Assembly (NCBI RefSeq): GCF_009914755.1 | Contig: NC_060929.1 | Source: the human T2T-CHM13v2.0 reference genome, Homo sapiens | DNA length: 64,000 bases | Reading direction: 5' to 3' (one strand) | Part shown: positions 29,327 to 41,963 of the stretch, piece after piece | Layout of the letters: each line of letters opens with the position of its first letter | How positions within the stretch are numbered: the stretch's first letter is position 1 | The notes under the pieces: model-generated | Told to the model about the DNA's origin: nothing | The model's database searches: none | Seen by the model: the letters and a program-made list of their open reading frames with translations, nothing else | Program-made: the position numbers and the translations under genes

Positions 29327-32300
29327 CATTTAATTGTTTTGATTTTGAAAATTTTCATCCAAAATTCATTCTATGCTAAAGACACATGTACAAAGATGTT
29401 TTCATAACTCCAAAATGTTAATTGCTGTGGAAGCAGGGAATTAGTGCATTTTATTCAGTTTTATGCAAAGTATCTAGAACAGTATCAAGTACATGAAGGT
29501 AACTAACTACTTTCTCTTCATGAATCCTTTGTTCTAGTCAAACTGAGCCCCTAACCAACCCATAAAAATAACTTCATTTTATGGTATCTATTTTAATATT
29601 ACTTATTCTTTTTTCTGAGAAGGGCTTTCCTTTTGTCCCTGTTCAAATTTTTTCATCTGTCCCGGATTTGTCTTAAATTTTGAAAAATAATTTTTAATTT
29701 ATATTTTTTCCATTCCATTATTTATTTTGTTTCTCATATGATATTTAATTCCATATATATATATAAAATCTTTGTTTTTCTGAACATGTACTTTCCACTC
29801 ATAGAATAAGTTTTCTGATGATATAGACCAATGCCTTATTTATCTTATTTATGCCAATTATCTTATCAATTTATCAATGCCAAATTATCTTATTTATCAT
29901 TTTATATCGTATAATGGATAGCAAACACTTTGAATAGAGCAGAAGATTTTTTGAATTACTGAGCTGAGAAAATTTTTTCAGAAATGGTGCAATTACAATC
30001 TTTCTTATATAGGATCTAAAAAAACAAAGAAAATATAATGTTTACAAAGTAGCTTAAAAATCTGAGGGGAAATGTCAAAATCGCTCTCAAGTTAAGCTTT
30101 TATTTCACCTGCCAAATAGAGCTTATGTATTTATTTTTAAAATGTAACTAAGTCAAGTATAGAGCATTGGAATTAGGAGTTTTTTTTTTTTTTAACCAAT
30201 GTTTTATTCATTCTAAGTCATTGTTTTGTTCCATTTCACAGTAATTAATTTATGTCAGTGATCTTATCAGATCACACATGCAGGAGTCATAGCAAAAGTA
30301 ATTTTGAAGCTAGCATGAGTAAGAGATTCAGAACAGATAAATGCTTACAGAAGTTTTTGTGATTTTTCTCTAACCTACAAATATCGGAAATCTTTCTGAG
30401 CTGATCCATTTGAGAATTTAAGACCAGCAAGTTTAGATAAGCATCTTAGGAATTATGACTCTGTTTTCTCAAATGTGGCAGGTGTGCAGAACTTTATTTT
30501 GGCTTGCTTACAGAATCTTAATCCATGCAGGAAGTATGCCACTTTATCTGTCTCAGTCATTAGTTCTACTGACACTACTAAGTTGGGAGATCCAAATGCA
30601 ATCACGGATAGCACACACCTGCTTAATGCTTAACAGCTCTTGTCATAGTGGTCATTTAAACACAAGGTGGTACTAAATATGTCCCTATTTTCTGGGCAAG
30701 TCATTGTCTGGCTGGCCGATTTCCCCATTGAGATGCTTATCTGACATGGCTTCTGCCACCATCGTCCTGCACTTCTCCATTAAAGAGCAGCCATTCAGCT
30801 GTGAGTTCCCCATTGCTTCAGCTGGACTCCCAAAGCTCTCTGAACTTACAATACCCAGATGCTCGCTCCATGACTGGCTGATTTTATTTTCATTTTTCCA
30901 AGAATGGCCAAGCAGTTATGTGTTAGACTAGGGTTGATGAAGGAGTCAAAGCAAAACAGCCTGCTCCACAGTTAAAAACAGGGAAGTCTCGCAATGAGTT
31001 GCCACAACTTTCTGAGCTGGGGAGAAACAAAGTTGATTTATTTTGAAGTCTTTCTTGCTCAGATCTCATTACAGTGCTTATGGGGCTGCCACGACTGCCC
31101 TCAGGTATGTATAAGAGAGTAAAGTACAGCCCACGGAAAGGGTTGAGCAAAGCTGTCCTCTAGGATCAGGCCTTATCTATATTATCACCAGAAACAATGA
31201 TAATCACAACGACCACCACGAAAACAGATATTTTCTACTTTTACTTATACCAGCAATGCATGTCTACTCAGGTTATGCATTTGCCTATAGACTATTGCTA
31301 AAATGCTCTCAGCTCATTTTTTGATGTTAGTCATGTTATTCTCCTGTAATGTTACAGATGTGATCACTCATTTAAAAAAAAGAGCTGAATTTTATTTTAA
31401 TTTGCCTTTTCTCTTTATTTTCGAAGTTCCAGCATTTTAGCAGTCTAGGAAAAGGTTTCAGGCTTTTATTTATTTTTTTTCAGATTAAAACAATGTGTGC
31501 CTGTAGCATTCATCATTTAAGAAAATAGTGTTTTTCTCTTTCAGATCCCAATTTCCACTCATTATTAGAGAGCTGAATTCTAAACCAAAGATTGTGGAGA
31601 AGAGATGTACAACCTGAATAAAACATTTCCAGACGTGCCTGAATAATGGTCCTGAATAAAGGGACCTGCAATGTTCTTGAATTGTAATTGGAAAAAATTC
31701 AAGTGTGTGTACTCAGGAGCACATGTACTAAGAAGAGGTTAGTTATTATTATTTTTAGTGCTATTTAACATTTATGGCGCCCCAATAGTATATTTAGTTC
31801 TGAATTGAATACAAGTGGTCTGATAAGTGATCTCCCATCTAAATCACCCATGTGGAGATTCATCTGTAATCATTCTTTGTGCAGAGAGAGGCAGCACTGA
31901 CAAACAACCCGAGTAGGGGGATTGTGAATGCAGCAGTATAATCTAACTCACACCCAAGTAAAAGAATTTGTTCAGACAAATAGGATGTTTGAAAATATCA
32001 CTGGCACTTTTTTTTTCTTTTACCTGATTTTTCTGTGCCTGGACATTCAGCAGTCAGTGAACACAGTTGTTGTGCTCATACCAGGTCAATGAAAAATTGG
32101 AGAAAGAAGTAAAGGTTTAGGAGGACTACGATTAGGTTTAATCTCTGACCTCAAGGACTTTATACTCCACAGATAAGTAATAAAGTCTGTTTTTTGACAA
32201 CAACGTAAAGCAGGGATGGCTGCTTTTGAGAGACTGTCTCTGATACTTAATTCTGAAAAACATAATAGAAAAAAATACTGAAGTAATAAATACCATAGTA

Positions 32301-32519
32301 CAAAGGAAATTATAAATATACAAGCACACTCCTATGATAATTCAATGTAAGATGGAATTGAGAAAGGGAGACGTGTGTGAATCATGGTAGAATCTACAGA
32401 AATAAATACATACTTCTGTGTATAAATCTCTGTCAGTTACTCTCTACACACAAAGGAAAAAAACGATCCTACCTCCTAAGAAGAAAATAAACATCCACCG
32501 ATAATAATAAAACAGGGAA

Positions 32520-32860
32520 CATTGAATTCTAAGCTAAGAAGCATAGACTTTGTTCTCTAGCACTGGGGAGCTGTTGAAAATTTTTGAGCAGGTGAGTGAC
32601 ATGTCCAGAATTGCATTTTATGAAGATTAACCTGATGGCATTTTCAGGATTGATTAGTGTGAAGCCTGTATTGTGAGAGAGCAGATTGTTAGTAATGCAA
32701 GTCTGAAATATGGTGGTGGCAATGAGAATAGAAAGGAAGAAATTGATCTGAGAGATCCATGACAGTGGAACTACGGGACTTGATTATTAAATATGGGACC
32801 TGAAGTAGAAAGATGTCAGAGATGACTCCAGATGCTTTGAGCCTGGATGAGAAATCCAGT
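32520..32860 (-). mobile_element. L2 fragment
   Basis: ttttgagcaggtgagtgacatg..gcattttatgaagatt..ggtggcaatgagaatagaaagg..gatgactccag. Confidence 0.7.
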
Positions 32861-33257
32861 ATGGAAGAGAAAGAATGTCCTGACTGTCAGTGTCTGATTA
32901 TTATCTTCCAGATGTTGTGAATCATGTAATCGATTGCATTTTCAAAATCTTGGGTCCAAATCCATGTTACACATCTACTAAGCATACCGTGTAGTCCTGG
33001 CATCTGTTTTTTGCACAGTAATCCATTGCCAGCCACAGGTAACACACTACAGAAAAGTATTGTGTGTGGTGAAACTACAGTTGACAAAAATGAGAGACTG
33101 CAAAAACATCACATTTAAAATACTAAAAATTAAACCTCAGTAAATAAAAATTCTAGTAAAAATCCACTTCCAAAATAAAATAGATCAATCTGAGTTAAAT
33201 ACCTGCTTTAAATTTATCCATCTCATCAAAACAAAAGCACTAGTTAGACACACCTAT

Positions 33258-33260
33258 ACA

Positions 33261-33292
<32 letters not shown>
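33258..33292. repeat. (CA)n microsatellite
   Basis: Direct reading. Confidence 0.9.
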
Positions 33293-34230
33293 GAACTTTT
33301 CTCTGGAATCACTTTTGTTTGTTCAGGTGATATTATAGAAGTGGTATATTCTGCTGAGGCAGATTCTCCTAGAAGTTTTGTATTATGTGGAGTGTATGGC
33401 TTTGTAAAGTCTTCAAGCTACCTTTTACTGTCTTGAAAGTTAATGTATCTTTTTCTCGATTGCGTTTTTAGTAAGTCTCAGATAAATGCTTGTGTACCTG
33501 CTTGGCATGTTCACAAATTACTAAGGTCCTGAAGGACATGTATTTCTACTCTTTCATCTGCACATTGAGATCATGGGATTTAACTTGATGCCTTATACCT
33601 GCAGAATCCCCTAGACTCTTTCAAGTGATCCACAGAAGTAGAGAAGTGAAATTTCAGTAGAGTCTTTTGCTTAAGGAGATTGAAACTATTCTGTGTAAAC
33701 ATATATGCATGCGGTTAGAACATTTTATGCAGCTATACAATGTTTTATAGAAAAATGAAAACATGATTGTCAAAGTCACAGTTGATAAGGCATTACAGTA
33801 CTAACTTCATTTATGGCCTCAAATGTTTTCCACCTTCATTTTCCTCTGTTTTGTTTTTTTCTCTTCTTGGTAAAAATTTTATTTTCTTTTATTGTGTGTG
33901 TAGTTTTTTTTTTTTTTTTTTTTTTGTAATTCTGGTATATCATTTAGCTGAGATTCTCTAACTTTAGAGGTCTCATAGGGGCATAATAAAGCCACAGGAT
34001 AAATGTCACTATCTTCAAGTAAAGTATAAAAGTATTGCTCCAATAATTTTTGAAGAGGTTCCAAAGTTTAAGTATTAATATAAACATGTATTGTTGGTGC
34101 TATTGTTGTTGAGTAAAGGCAGTGTTCACAGGAATTGAAGTGATCAAAATTTCAAAGGGATGCCATGCTTGAAGCAGACAGCTTTAGACTCTACCTATCA
34201 TTTCAAAGGACTTGTTCACAAACTGATGCG

Positions 34231-34475
34231 CAGCTTAGTAGTCAAGATTTCAGTTGTTGGCATCAGACAAATTTTGTTTGAGATCTGATTGCATTCTTAA
34301 CTAGCTGCAAAGCTGTGGCAATATACTTAATTTCTTTAAACCTTAGCTTCATTGTCTGTAAAATGGGAGAATAATAATATTTACTTCACAGCATTGCTAC
34401 AAAGATGAAATAAAATATTATTATGTGTAAAATACTTAGCAAGGGCTTGTCACGTAATTAGTGGTGCATGTATGG
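34231..34475 (+). mobile_element. MIR
   Basis: Core ttaatttctttaaaccttagcttcattgtctgtaaaatgggagaataata. Confidence 0.8.
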
Positions 34476-35751
34476 TCTCCTGTGTTAATTCATAGCTGCT
34501 TTTGCATTTTATTTTAGTAGTCATACCAGAAGGTACTTATTTGATCTTGTCAATTTTAAAACACCTTCCTAGGAAACCTCAGGAATTGAATAGCTATTTT
34601 CCTCTTCACTGCTGTGGAAACATTATGCACCTTCCTTTATTACCTGATACATTTCTGCATTATCATTGTGGTTTAATTATTTGGTTACTTTTATTCCTCC
34701 AGGGAAACTGTGGGCTTCCTGAATACTTGCTCTGAGAAAGGATATGGATCTCTCAGTATACACTAAGTGATTTTTGTAAAATCATAGCTGACTCTGAAGT
34801 TAAATATTTTAAATAGCAGTAGGACATGGAAATACTCTAATAACATGATAAAGTTATTGTGTTGAGTTTTAGTCATATTTAGGTAATAAATACTTTTAAA
34901 TGAAAATGTAAAGGTAAATTACAGAAATGACTATAATTCGTGCTATACTACGGACAGAGCTAAACGGTTGGTAAATTTGAAAAGACCGATGGAAAGGCTG
35001 GATCACTTATGAGATTAAATTCCCATTTTAAGTGAGTTAAAAAAGTGCAAGCATTTCAAATAGATCATGGTTTAATTAAGCATTCATTTTTCAATTCACT
35101 ATATTATTTCATGGGCAACATGCTGATATTATTCACATATTTTCACATTCCTGGATGGAACTGATTTATTATTTTGAGATTAGATACAAATGTATAGGAA
35201 CAAATATACTGCCTCATTAGAAATTTCCTCCTCAAATGCCTATAGATGCAGACCTTATTTACAATGCAATAAATACCTGAAATAGTTTCAAAGTTTGCGG
35301 GAAATCTATTCATGTTTATCCCTGAGTTTTTTATTCTGTGATATATTAATAGAAACATACATAGCCTTCTTATATACTTTTAAAACTTTACCCAATAAAC
35401 TGTTTTCTTTTAAGTCCTCAAACCAGGCAGGAAGAAGAAATAACTTAGGTAAAATTAAACACAGTAAAACCGATACAGCACAAGGTAGACTTAGTCAAAT
35501 TAGAAAAAATGTGAGCCATCACACTGAGGCCAATTATTCTTAGAAAAATATATAGATAGAGATGATTATTTCAGTAATCTGGGGATAATGTTCGCCTCAT
35601 TTTAGCCTGAGTTATCTTGGCAAATTGAATCATGTAGATTTTACTTTTTTCTGTAAATAACATAGACAGTGACCCAAGTCCTCTGCTGTTATCTGACTGG
35701 TGACTTCCCTTTAACAGAGAATACATTGTGAAATATGTAGATGAAGACATT

Positions 35752-36322
35752 TAGTGTCACCGCTTCTCTATTCTCTTTTCAAAAGGTCATTGGAGAAGAG
35801 ATAGTGAATGCTTGGCTCTTTAAGTATAAGGTGTTTAGAACACTTCAAGAATTTCCTATACATGGAAAGATTTGGAAGAGTCCTTCATTCATAGGTGAGT
35901 GTGAGATTATCTGAAGGACTGTTTATTTCTAGGACTTGGAGTCTGGAAGCACAGTTTCTCAAAACGTAGTGAATGAATTGCTGCTGGGACATAAGATTAC
36001 TTTAGGTGGTAGATGAACAAACACCTTTAAACTTTAATAGCTGAGATTTTTAAAATTTTAAATGTGAGGTAGAAAAATATAGCTAGTTAAACACACTGGA
36101 GATTTAGTGAGATAAGTGAAATTAGTAAATCTATAGATATATCTATTATTATATATATGTATTAATACACCCCCCATAGTAGCATCACCACCTCCCTATA
36201 CTCTTTCCCAAAGGTCATTGGAGAAGATAATGAGTCCTTGGCTCTTTAAGGGTAAGGTGTTTTGAACATTTTAAGAATTTCCTATACATGGAAAGATTTG
36301 GAAGAGTCCTTCTTTCATAGGT
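35752..36322 (+). repeat. Spaced direct repeat, 35752-35896 and 36180-36322
   Basis: Manual alignment: 17 substitutions plus one 2-bp gap in 145 bp, with a 40-bp identical block. Confidence 0.95.
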
Positions 36323-36493
36323 ACCATGTGCTAATATTATAATATTATATATAATATATACACACACTATAATAGGTAGTGACTACAGCAAATACCTGTG
36401 TTCTTTTTCATGATATATTAACATGTCTTACAAGGATATGGCAGCCAAAATTATGAAGAGATTGTACTCATGGCTAAACTTTGAGAAATACTG
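35950..36493. mobile_element. hAT-Charlie-like MITE remnant
   Basis: TIR-like ends cacagtttctcaaa ... tttgagaaatactg. Confidence 0.55.
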
Positions 36494-37040
36494 CTCTTAA
36501 AGTGAAAGATTGGTTAGGTAGATGACACATTCTTCATTCAGTTCGTATGTCTTCCCTCAGTCAGGGATACTGAGCAATTTGTTACTATCACCACCAATGA
36601 ACAAGAGAGAGTACATTAGGATAACATTTTCCAATGAAAAAAACATAAGCACTATGTACTGCCTACTAATGTATTATTTTGCTTATGTTGGTTTAAGGTA
36701 ACACAAGAGTTGTTTTTAAATTGTAAATTGTGCAGAAAGTTAATCAATTTGAAGGAGGGATTTTTTATTTCTGGCTGCAAAATTTGAGTATCCAGGGGAT
36801 TATATGTTGGGTAAAGCTGTTTGTGTATTTATTCTTTCAATTGTCTATTCCATAAATATTTATTAGGTTACTATTTTTTCTTTCAGTTGACTATAAAACA
36901 CTTATTATGATATACATGTTTTACAAAAATTATAGGCCTCTTTTTTGTTGATATCAAAGAAAGGAGAGATGTCCACAATTGTTTGTTAGGTAAAATTATC
37001 TTAACAGATTTTTGTGCTTTTTTGTCATAAGAATAGAAAA

Positions 37041-37182
37041 CAGTGTTTTGCAGGTTGTGGGTCATGCACCGTCTGAAGGAAAGTCTCCTGAGATACTTCC
37101 CTTTCAAGTTCTCTTGGCGGGGTCTGGAAGTCTACAATTTTAACTAATTTTTAGGTGATTTTTATGCATATTTCAAAGTTTA
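37041..37182. mobile_element. MER5-like MITE
   Basis: tttaactaatttttaggtgatttttatgca..aaagtttaggagccact. Confidence 0.55.
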
Positions 37183-37505
37183 GGAGCCACTAAGAAAGAG
37201 AGTAGGTAATGAGTCTACTCTTTGTGCAGATTTCCACATGTAAATGGATGTTAAACATTCTCCTTAAATAATTATTAAGCATGGTTCTACAGTTTGAGGA
37301 TTAGCTGATTGTTTTTATTCTTCTTTCATTCTCAACTCCTTCAGCCCCTGCCCAAGGCATACACACATAGGTCTCTAACATTTTAAGCTAAAACTGCTTT
37401 GGAAAAAAATGGATTCTTCTACTATTATGTCCTTATATAAACTTGAATATCACCCTAATGCAATGTTTTAATTTCACTTCATTTTCAAAATGCTTAAATA
37501 AACAA

Positions 37506-37529
37506 CACACACACACACACACACACACA
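37506..37529. repeat. (CA)n microsatellite
   Basis: Direct reading. Confidence 0.9.
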
Positions 37530-38700
37530 CTCTAAATATGGAAGCTGAAAAACAAAGTATCTTCACAGAATACTACAGATTGAACATCTGACTATGCTTC
37601 AAGATATTTTCATTGATTCATTTGATACATCTTCTGTTGAGCTGATCAAAAATTATCAGAACACTTGTTGGTTTTAGGATAATTTTACTGCTACTTCTAG
37701 CTGTACCCTGGCAAGTAAAAAAAATAAAGAAAAATGTAAACACATCTTGTTCTAATGCAGAGATGAATAGCACTGAAAGAGTCCCAGTGTGGCACTTCTG
37801 GCTTTGGTCAACAAGGCTGAAAAGCAACCTGGGACAAACAAGGGAAAATGGAGGGGAAGTGTTCCCATAAATTCAAAATTAAGTTCCTTCTTCAATTTCC
37901 GTGAAACAAACTCCCTGTGGTGAACATCTGGCAGGCCATTAACTTTTGTTACTTTATTTTATTAAAAAATCTTAAGGTGAGAAAAATTTCTCTGTTTGGA
38001 GACTTGATTTAGCATTCAGGCTAAAAGTCCAGGCCATTGTGTTGTCATTTGCATGGTACCCATGATCCAATAGGGCATATCACACTTACAGCTTTTACTG
38101 TTTTCCATCAAAGGTTGCGGTTATTTGTCATTTTTAAAAGTCATTAATTCTGATTAATTTTTTAAATATATAAATCAGCTGATCGGTGGCCCATATCTGC
38201 TGGAAGAAAAGTGTCTGCAAGATTCTTCATACTTTACAGCTTCTTACTTGCATTTTTTCACTGCATTATTTTCTACAGGAGCTTGAACATCAAAACTATT
38301 TACATAGAAGTTTTTCAATGATCCATCAGAAGGATGTGAACTGTTGATTGCACCATTTTCTTTATTTGCACAGCTGCTATAACCTTTAAACTATTTTCTT
38401 ATTCTCTTTCTCTTTTCTTTCTCTTTTTTTTTGTTTTGTGAGCTAATTGTCACTTTCTTAAGTAAACATTCGTATTTCACCACCAGAACTATTCTTGCAC
38501 GTTACCTTTAAGCCATTGCAATTGCTTATTAGTCAGGTTATTTTCTGTGAAAAGTGCTGAGTAAATGTTAAACAAATGAAAATTATTTATTTTTTCCTGA
38601 GTATAATGTAATTTATGAACTTGCATCTTTATATTTCCTTGATTATATGTGTGCATCTATCTATCTAATCTCATCTATCTTTCTTATTTAACATATGAGG

Positions 38701-39064
38701 TGTGTTAGTCTGTTCTCATGCTACTAATAAATACATACCCAAGACTGGATAATTTATAAAGGATTGAGGTTTAATGGTCTCACAGTTCCACATGGTTGGG
38801 GAGGCCTCACAATCATGGCAGAAGACAGAGGAAGAGCAAAGGGACACCTTACATGGCGGCAGGCAAGAGAGTGTGTGCAGGGGACCTCCCATTTATAAAA
38901 CCATCAGATCTCATGAGACTTATTCACTATCATGAGAGCAGCACGGGAAAGACCCACTCCCATGACTCAATGACCTCCCACCGGGTCCCTCCCATGACAC
39001 GTGGGAATTATGGGAGCTACAATTCAAGATGAGATTTGGGTGGGGACACAGCCAAACCATATCA
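38701..39064 (-). mobile_element. THE1 (probably THE1C) solo LTR
   Basis: tgtgttagtc...acagccaaaccatatca; perfect TSD TGAGG (38696-38700, 39065-39069). Confidence 0.95.
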
Positions 39065-40196
39065 TGAGGTTTAAATACAGCAGCTGTAAGTTAAAAATGT
39101 ACTTAATTTTATGAATAAATCTAATAAGTATTTTCCCCCTACAGCAATACGCAAGTATAGTTTCTACTTATTATAATTGCCTTGCCCCTGGACAGTGATA
39201 CAGTACTTATGGCAAGCTGCTAACTGATCCTCAATCTTTTATGAGTAAAAACATACACATTTCTTCTTCTTTTAGCTTTTTGTTAAATTAAATGCAGAAA
39301 AACTTCAATACTGTTTTCTGAAACAATTATAATAGCTACTTTTTAGTTTATAAAACAGATTACATTATTAATTTCTAAATATAGGAGATTAAGTATAAGC
39401 TGAATTTTGTGTTTTGCTTGTGGATTCTAATATGATACGTAGTGAGTTACATTGAAAAATACAAAAACAGGCTTATTTATATTTTTCCCCAATAGTCTCA
39501 GCTTAACTAAATATCTACATCTATACCTATCAATGTATAAAATGCTCTGCTGTTTGCAGAATGAATTTTACAGAACCCCTTTGAATTTGGCAGTGGCTCC
39601 AGAAATTGAGTCTGGAACGGTATGATTATGTAAATGAGAAATCATCAGGACAGATAGCATTTTGAAAACGGAAGAGTGAGGTTCACATTTCAAAGATTTT
39701 TATGAGGTTGTATAAAGAGTAAGAGCAAAGTTCTATGATTCTAAATATGCTGCTCTTTCCAAAATGGTGAGTTCTATTTTTTTAAATATTTTTAAATTTC
39801 TTTGAGGTATTTTAAAACACACATATGAAGTACAGTATAAAAATTAAAACAATTTTATATGTATAATTGAGCCTCATAACTTCTCAAGAAAAATAGGAGG
39901 TCCATAAAGAATTTCACTTTTGTATTGCTTTTTAATTATATCTGTAATATAAGAATACTTTATAAGCTATTCCAAAACCCAGATGTATATAGAATTAAAA
40001 CATGAAAGCCCACTTTTGGGCTCTCAACAGCAAATTCTATTTCCTTCTGCCAATATAACTGCAATTTTCTTATCTATTTACTGCTACTTAATTTTCTTTT
40101 TTCACTTAAAATATATCTTGGAGTTCTTTTCGCACAATTTATTTTGTTCTTTTTAATTAATTCATAGTTTTCCGTAGTAGAGATATGATATAATTT

Positions 40197-40939
40197 TGAT
40201 ACTGGAGAGTTCCCTGGCCTTCGTTCCAGGACATGCAACAGGGGTGTGGCTCTCTGTTCAGCCTTGGTGAGCTCAAACCCCTTATGGGAGGGGAAGCATG
40301 CAGACAGGGAAGTGCAGGAGCCAGGATGAATGGTCTGGGCTCCAGCCCCACGGCAGTGTCTAGGGGTGGGTGTGTGTGATTCCTGAAGCCCAAGTGGGCA
40401 TGTGTTACAACGCATTCTCTCAGCTTTGCCATTCACAGACAGCTTGTGTTAACCAGCTCAGTGTCCTCTCCAAGTCCTTGTCCAGCGTCCAGGAAGAATC
40501 AGGTCACATACAGACTTGAAGGATGAATGCAGAGGTTTTATTGAGTGGTGGAGGTGGCTCTCAGCAGGATGGATGGGAAGCTGGAAAGGGGATGGGTGGG
40601 AAGATCATCTTCCCTTGGAGTTTGGCTGCCCAGAGGCCCATCTCCTCTCCATTTGTTCCCAGCCAATCTCCTCTTGGTGTATAGATGCTCCTTCTTTTTT
40701 TCTCCTTCTCTGCCACACTATTCTGCCATTCGTCTGCTTGCCTTCTCCTGGAGCTTGGGGTTTGGGGTTTATATGGGTACAGGATAGGGGGCATGGTGGA
40801 CCAAAAGGCAACTTTTTGAGTGCGAAAACAGGAATGCCAGTTCTCACTTAGGGCTGTGGTTTCCAGGCTTGAGGGTGGGGCTTATGTGGGGGAACCACCC
40901 TCTCCTACCCAGTATTTTCCCTGTCTCCTGTCCATGCCA
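40197..40939 (-). mobile_element. MER50-like ERV1 solo LTR inserted in old L1M
   Basis: Reverse complement begins tggcatggacaggagacagggaaaatactgggtagg..ccccaccctcaagcctgga; TG...CA ends; 4-bp TSD ATTT. Confidence 0.85.
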
Positions 40940-41047
40940 ATTTTATTTATAATTTCTTCATTGTTGAGAATTTTGTCTATATTTTTGCTATTCATAAATT
41001 ATGCTTTAATGAACTTCTTTTTCATATCTCTGAATGCACAAGTGAGT

Positions 41048-41361
41048 TTTTTTTTGTTTGTTTGTTTGTTTTTCAAAGATGGAGTCTCGCTTTGTCACCC
41101 AGGCTGGAGTAGAGTGACGTGATCTTGGCTCACTGCAACCTCTGCCTCCCAGGTTCAAGCGATTCTCCTGCCTCAGCCTCCTGAGTAGCTGGGACTACAG
41201 GCACGTGCACCATCACACCAGGCTAATTTTTGCATTTTTTAGCAGAGATGGGGTTTCACTATATGTTGGCCAGGCTGGTCTCAAACTCCTGACCTCAGGT
41301 ATCTGCCCCCCTCCTTCTCCCAAAGTGCTGGGATTACAGGCATGAGCCACCGTGCCTGGCC
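41048..41361 (-). mobile_element. AluSx/Sz
   Basis: Full dimer; TSD CACAAGTGAGT. Confidence 0.94.
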
Positions 41362-41667
41362 CACAAGTGAGTATTTCTAACAGGTATATTTCTAGAGACA
41401 CGACTATTTGTTTGCCATCATGCTCACATTTGAGTTTGATACATCCTGCCCTAGTACTCTCCTATCAACAGTGTATAGGTGACCATTTCTCTCCACCAGT
41501 GCCAAACCAGATATAACCAATACTAATAATTACATCTTATTTTATTTTTTATTTTCTTGATTACTGGTTGTGCTGATTAGCTTTTCAATTATTTATTTTC
41601 TCTTAGAAGTACCTATCCCTATTTTGACGATTTTTCTATAAGATTTTTTTTTCATATTGGTATGTAG

Positions 41668-41963
<296 letters not shown>

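Noticed and set aside
29830-29905. Imperfect repeats atgcc..ttatcttat
   Set aside because: AT-rich low-complexity slippage.
40074-41122. Cluster of overlapping ORFs in a GC-rich patch
   Set aside because: Explained by the MER50-like LTR composition.
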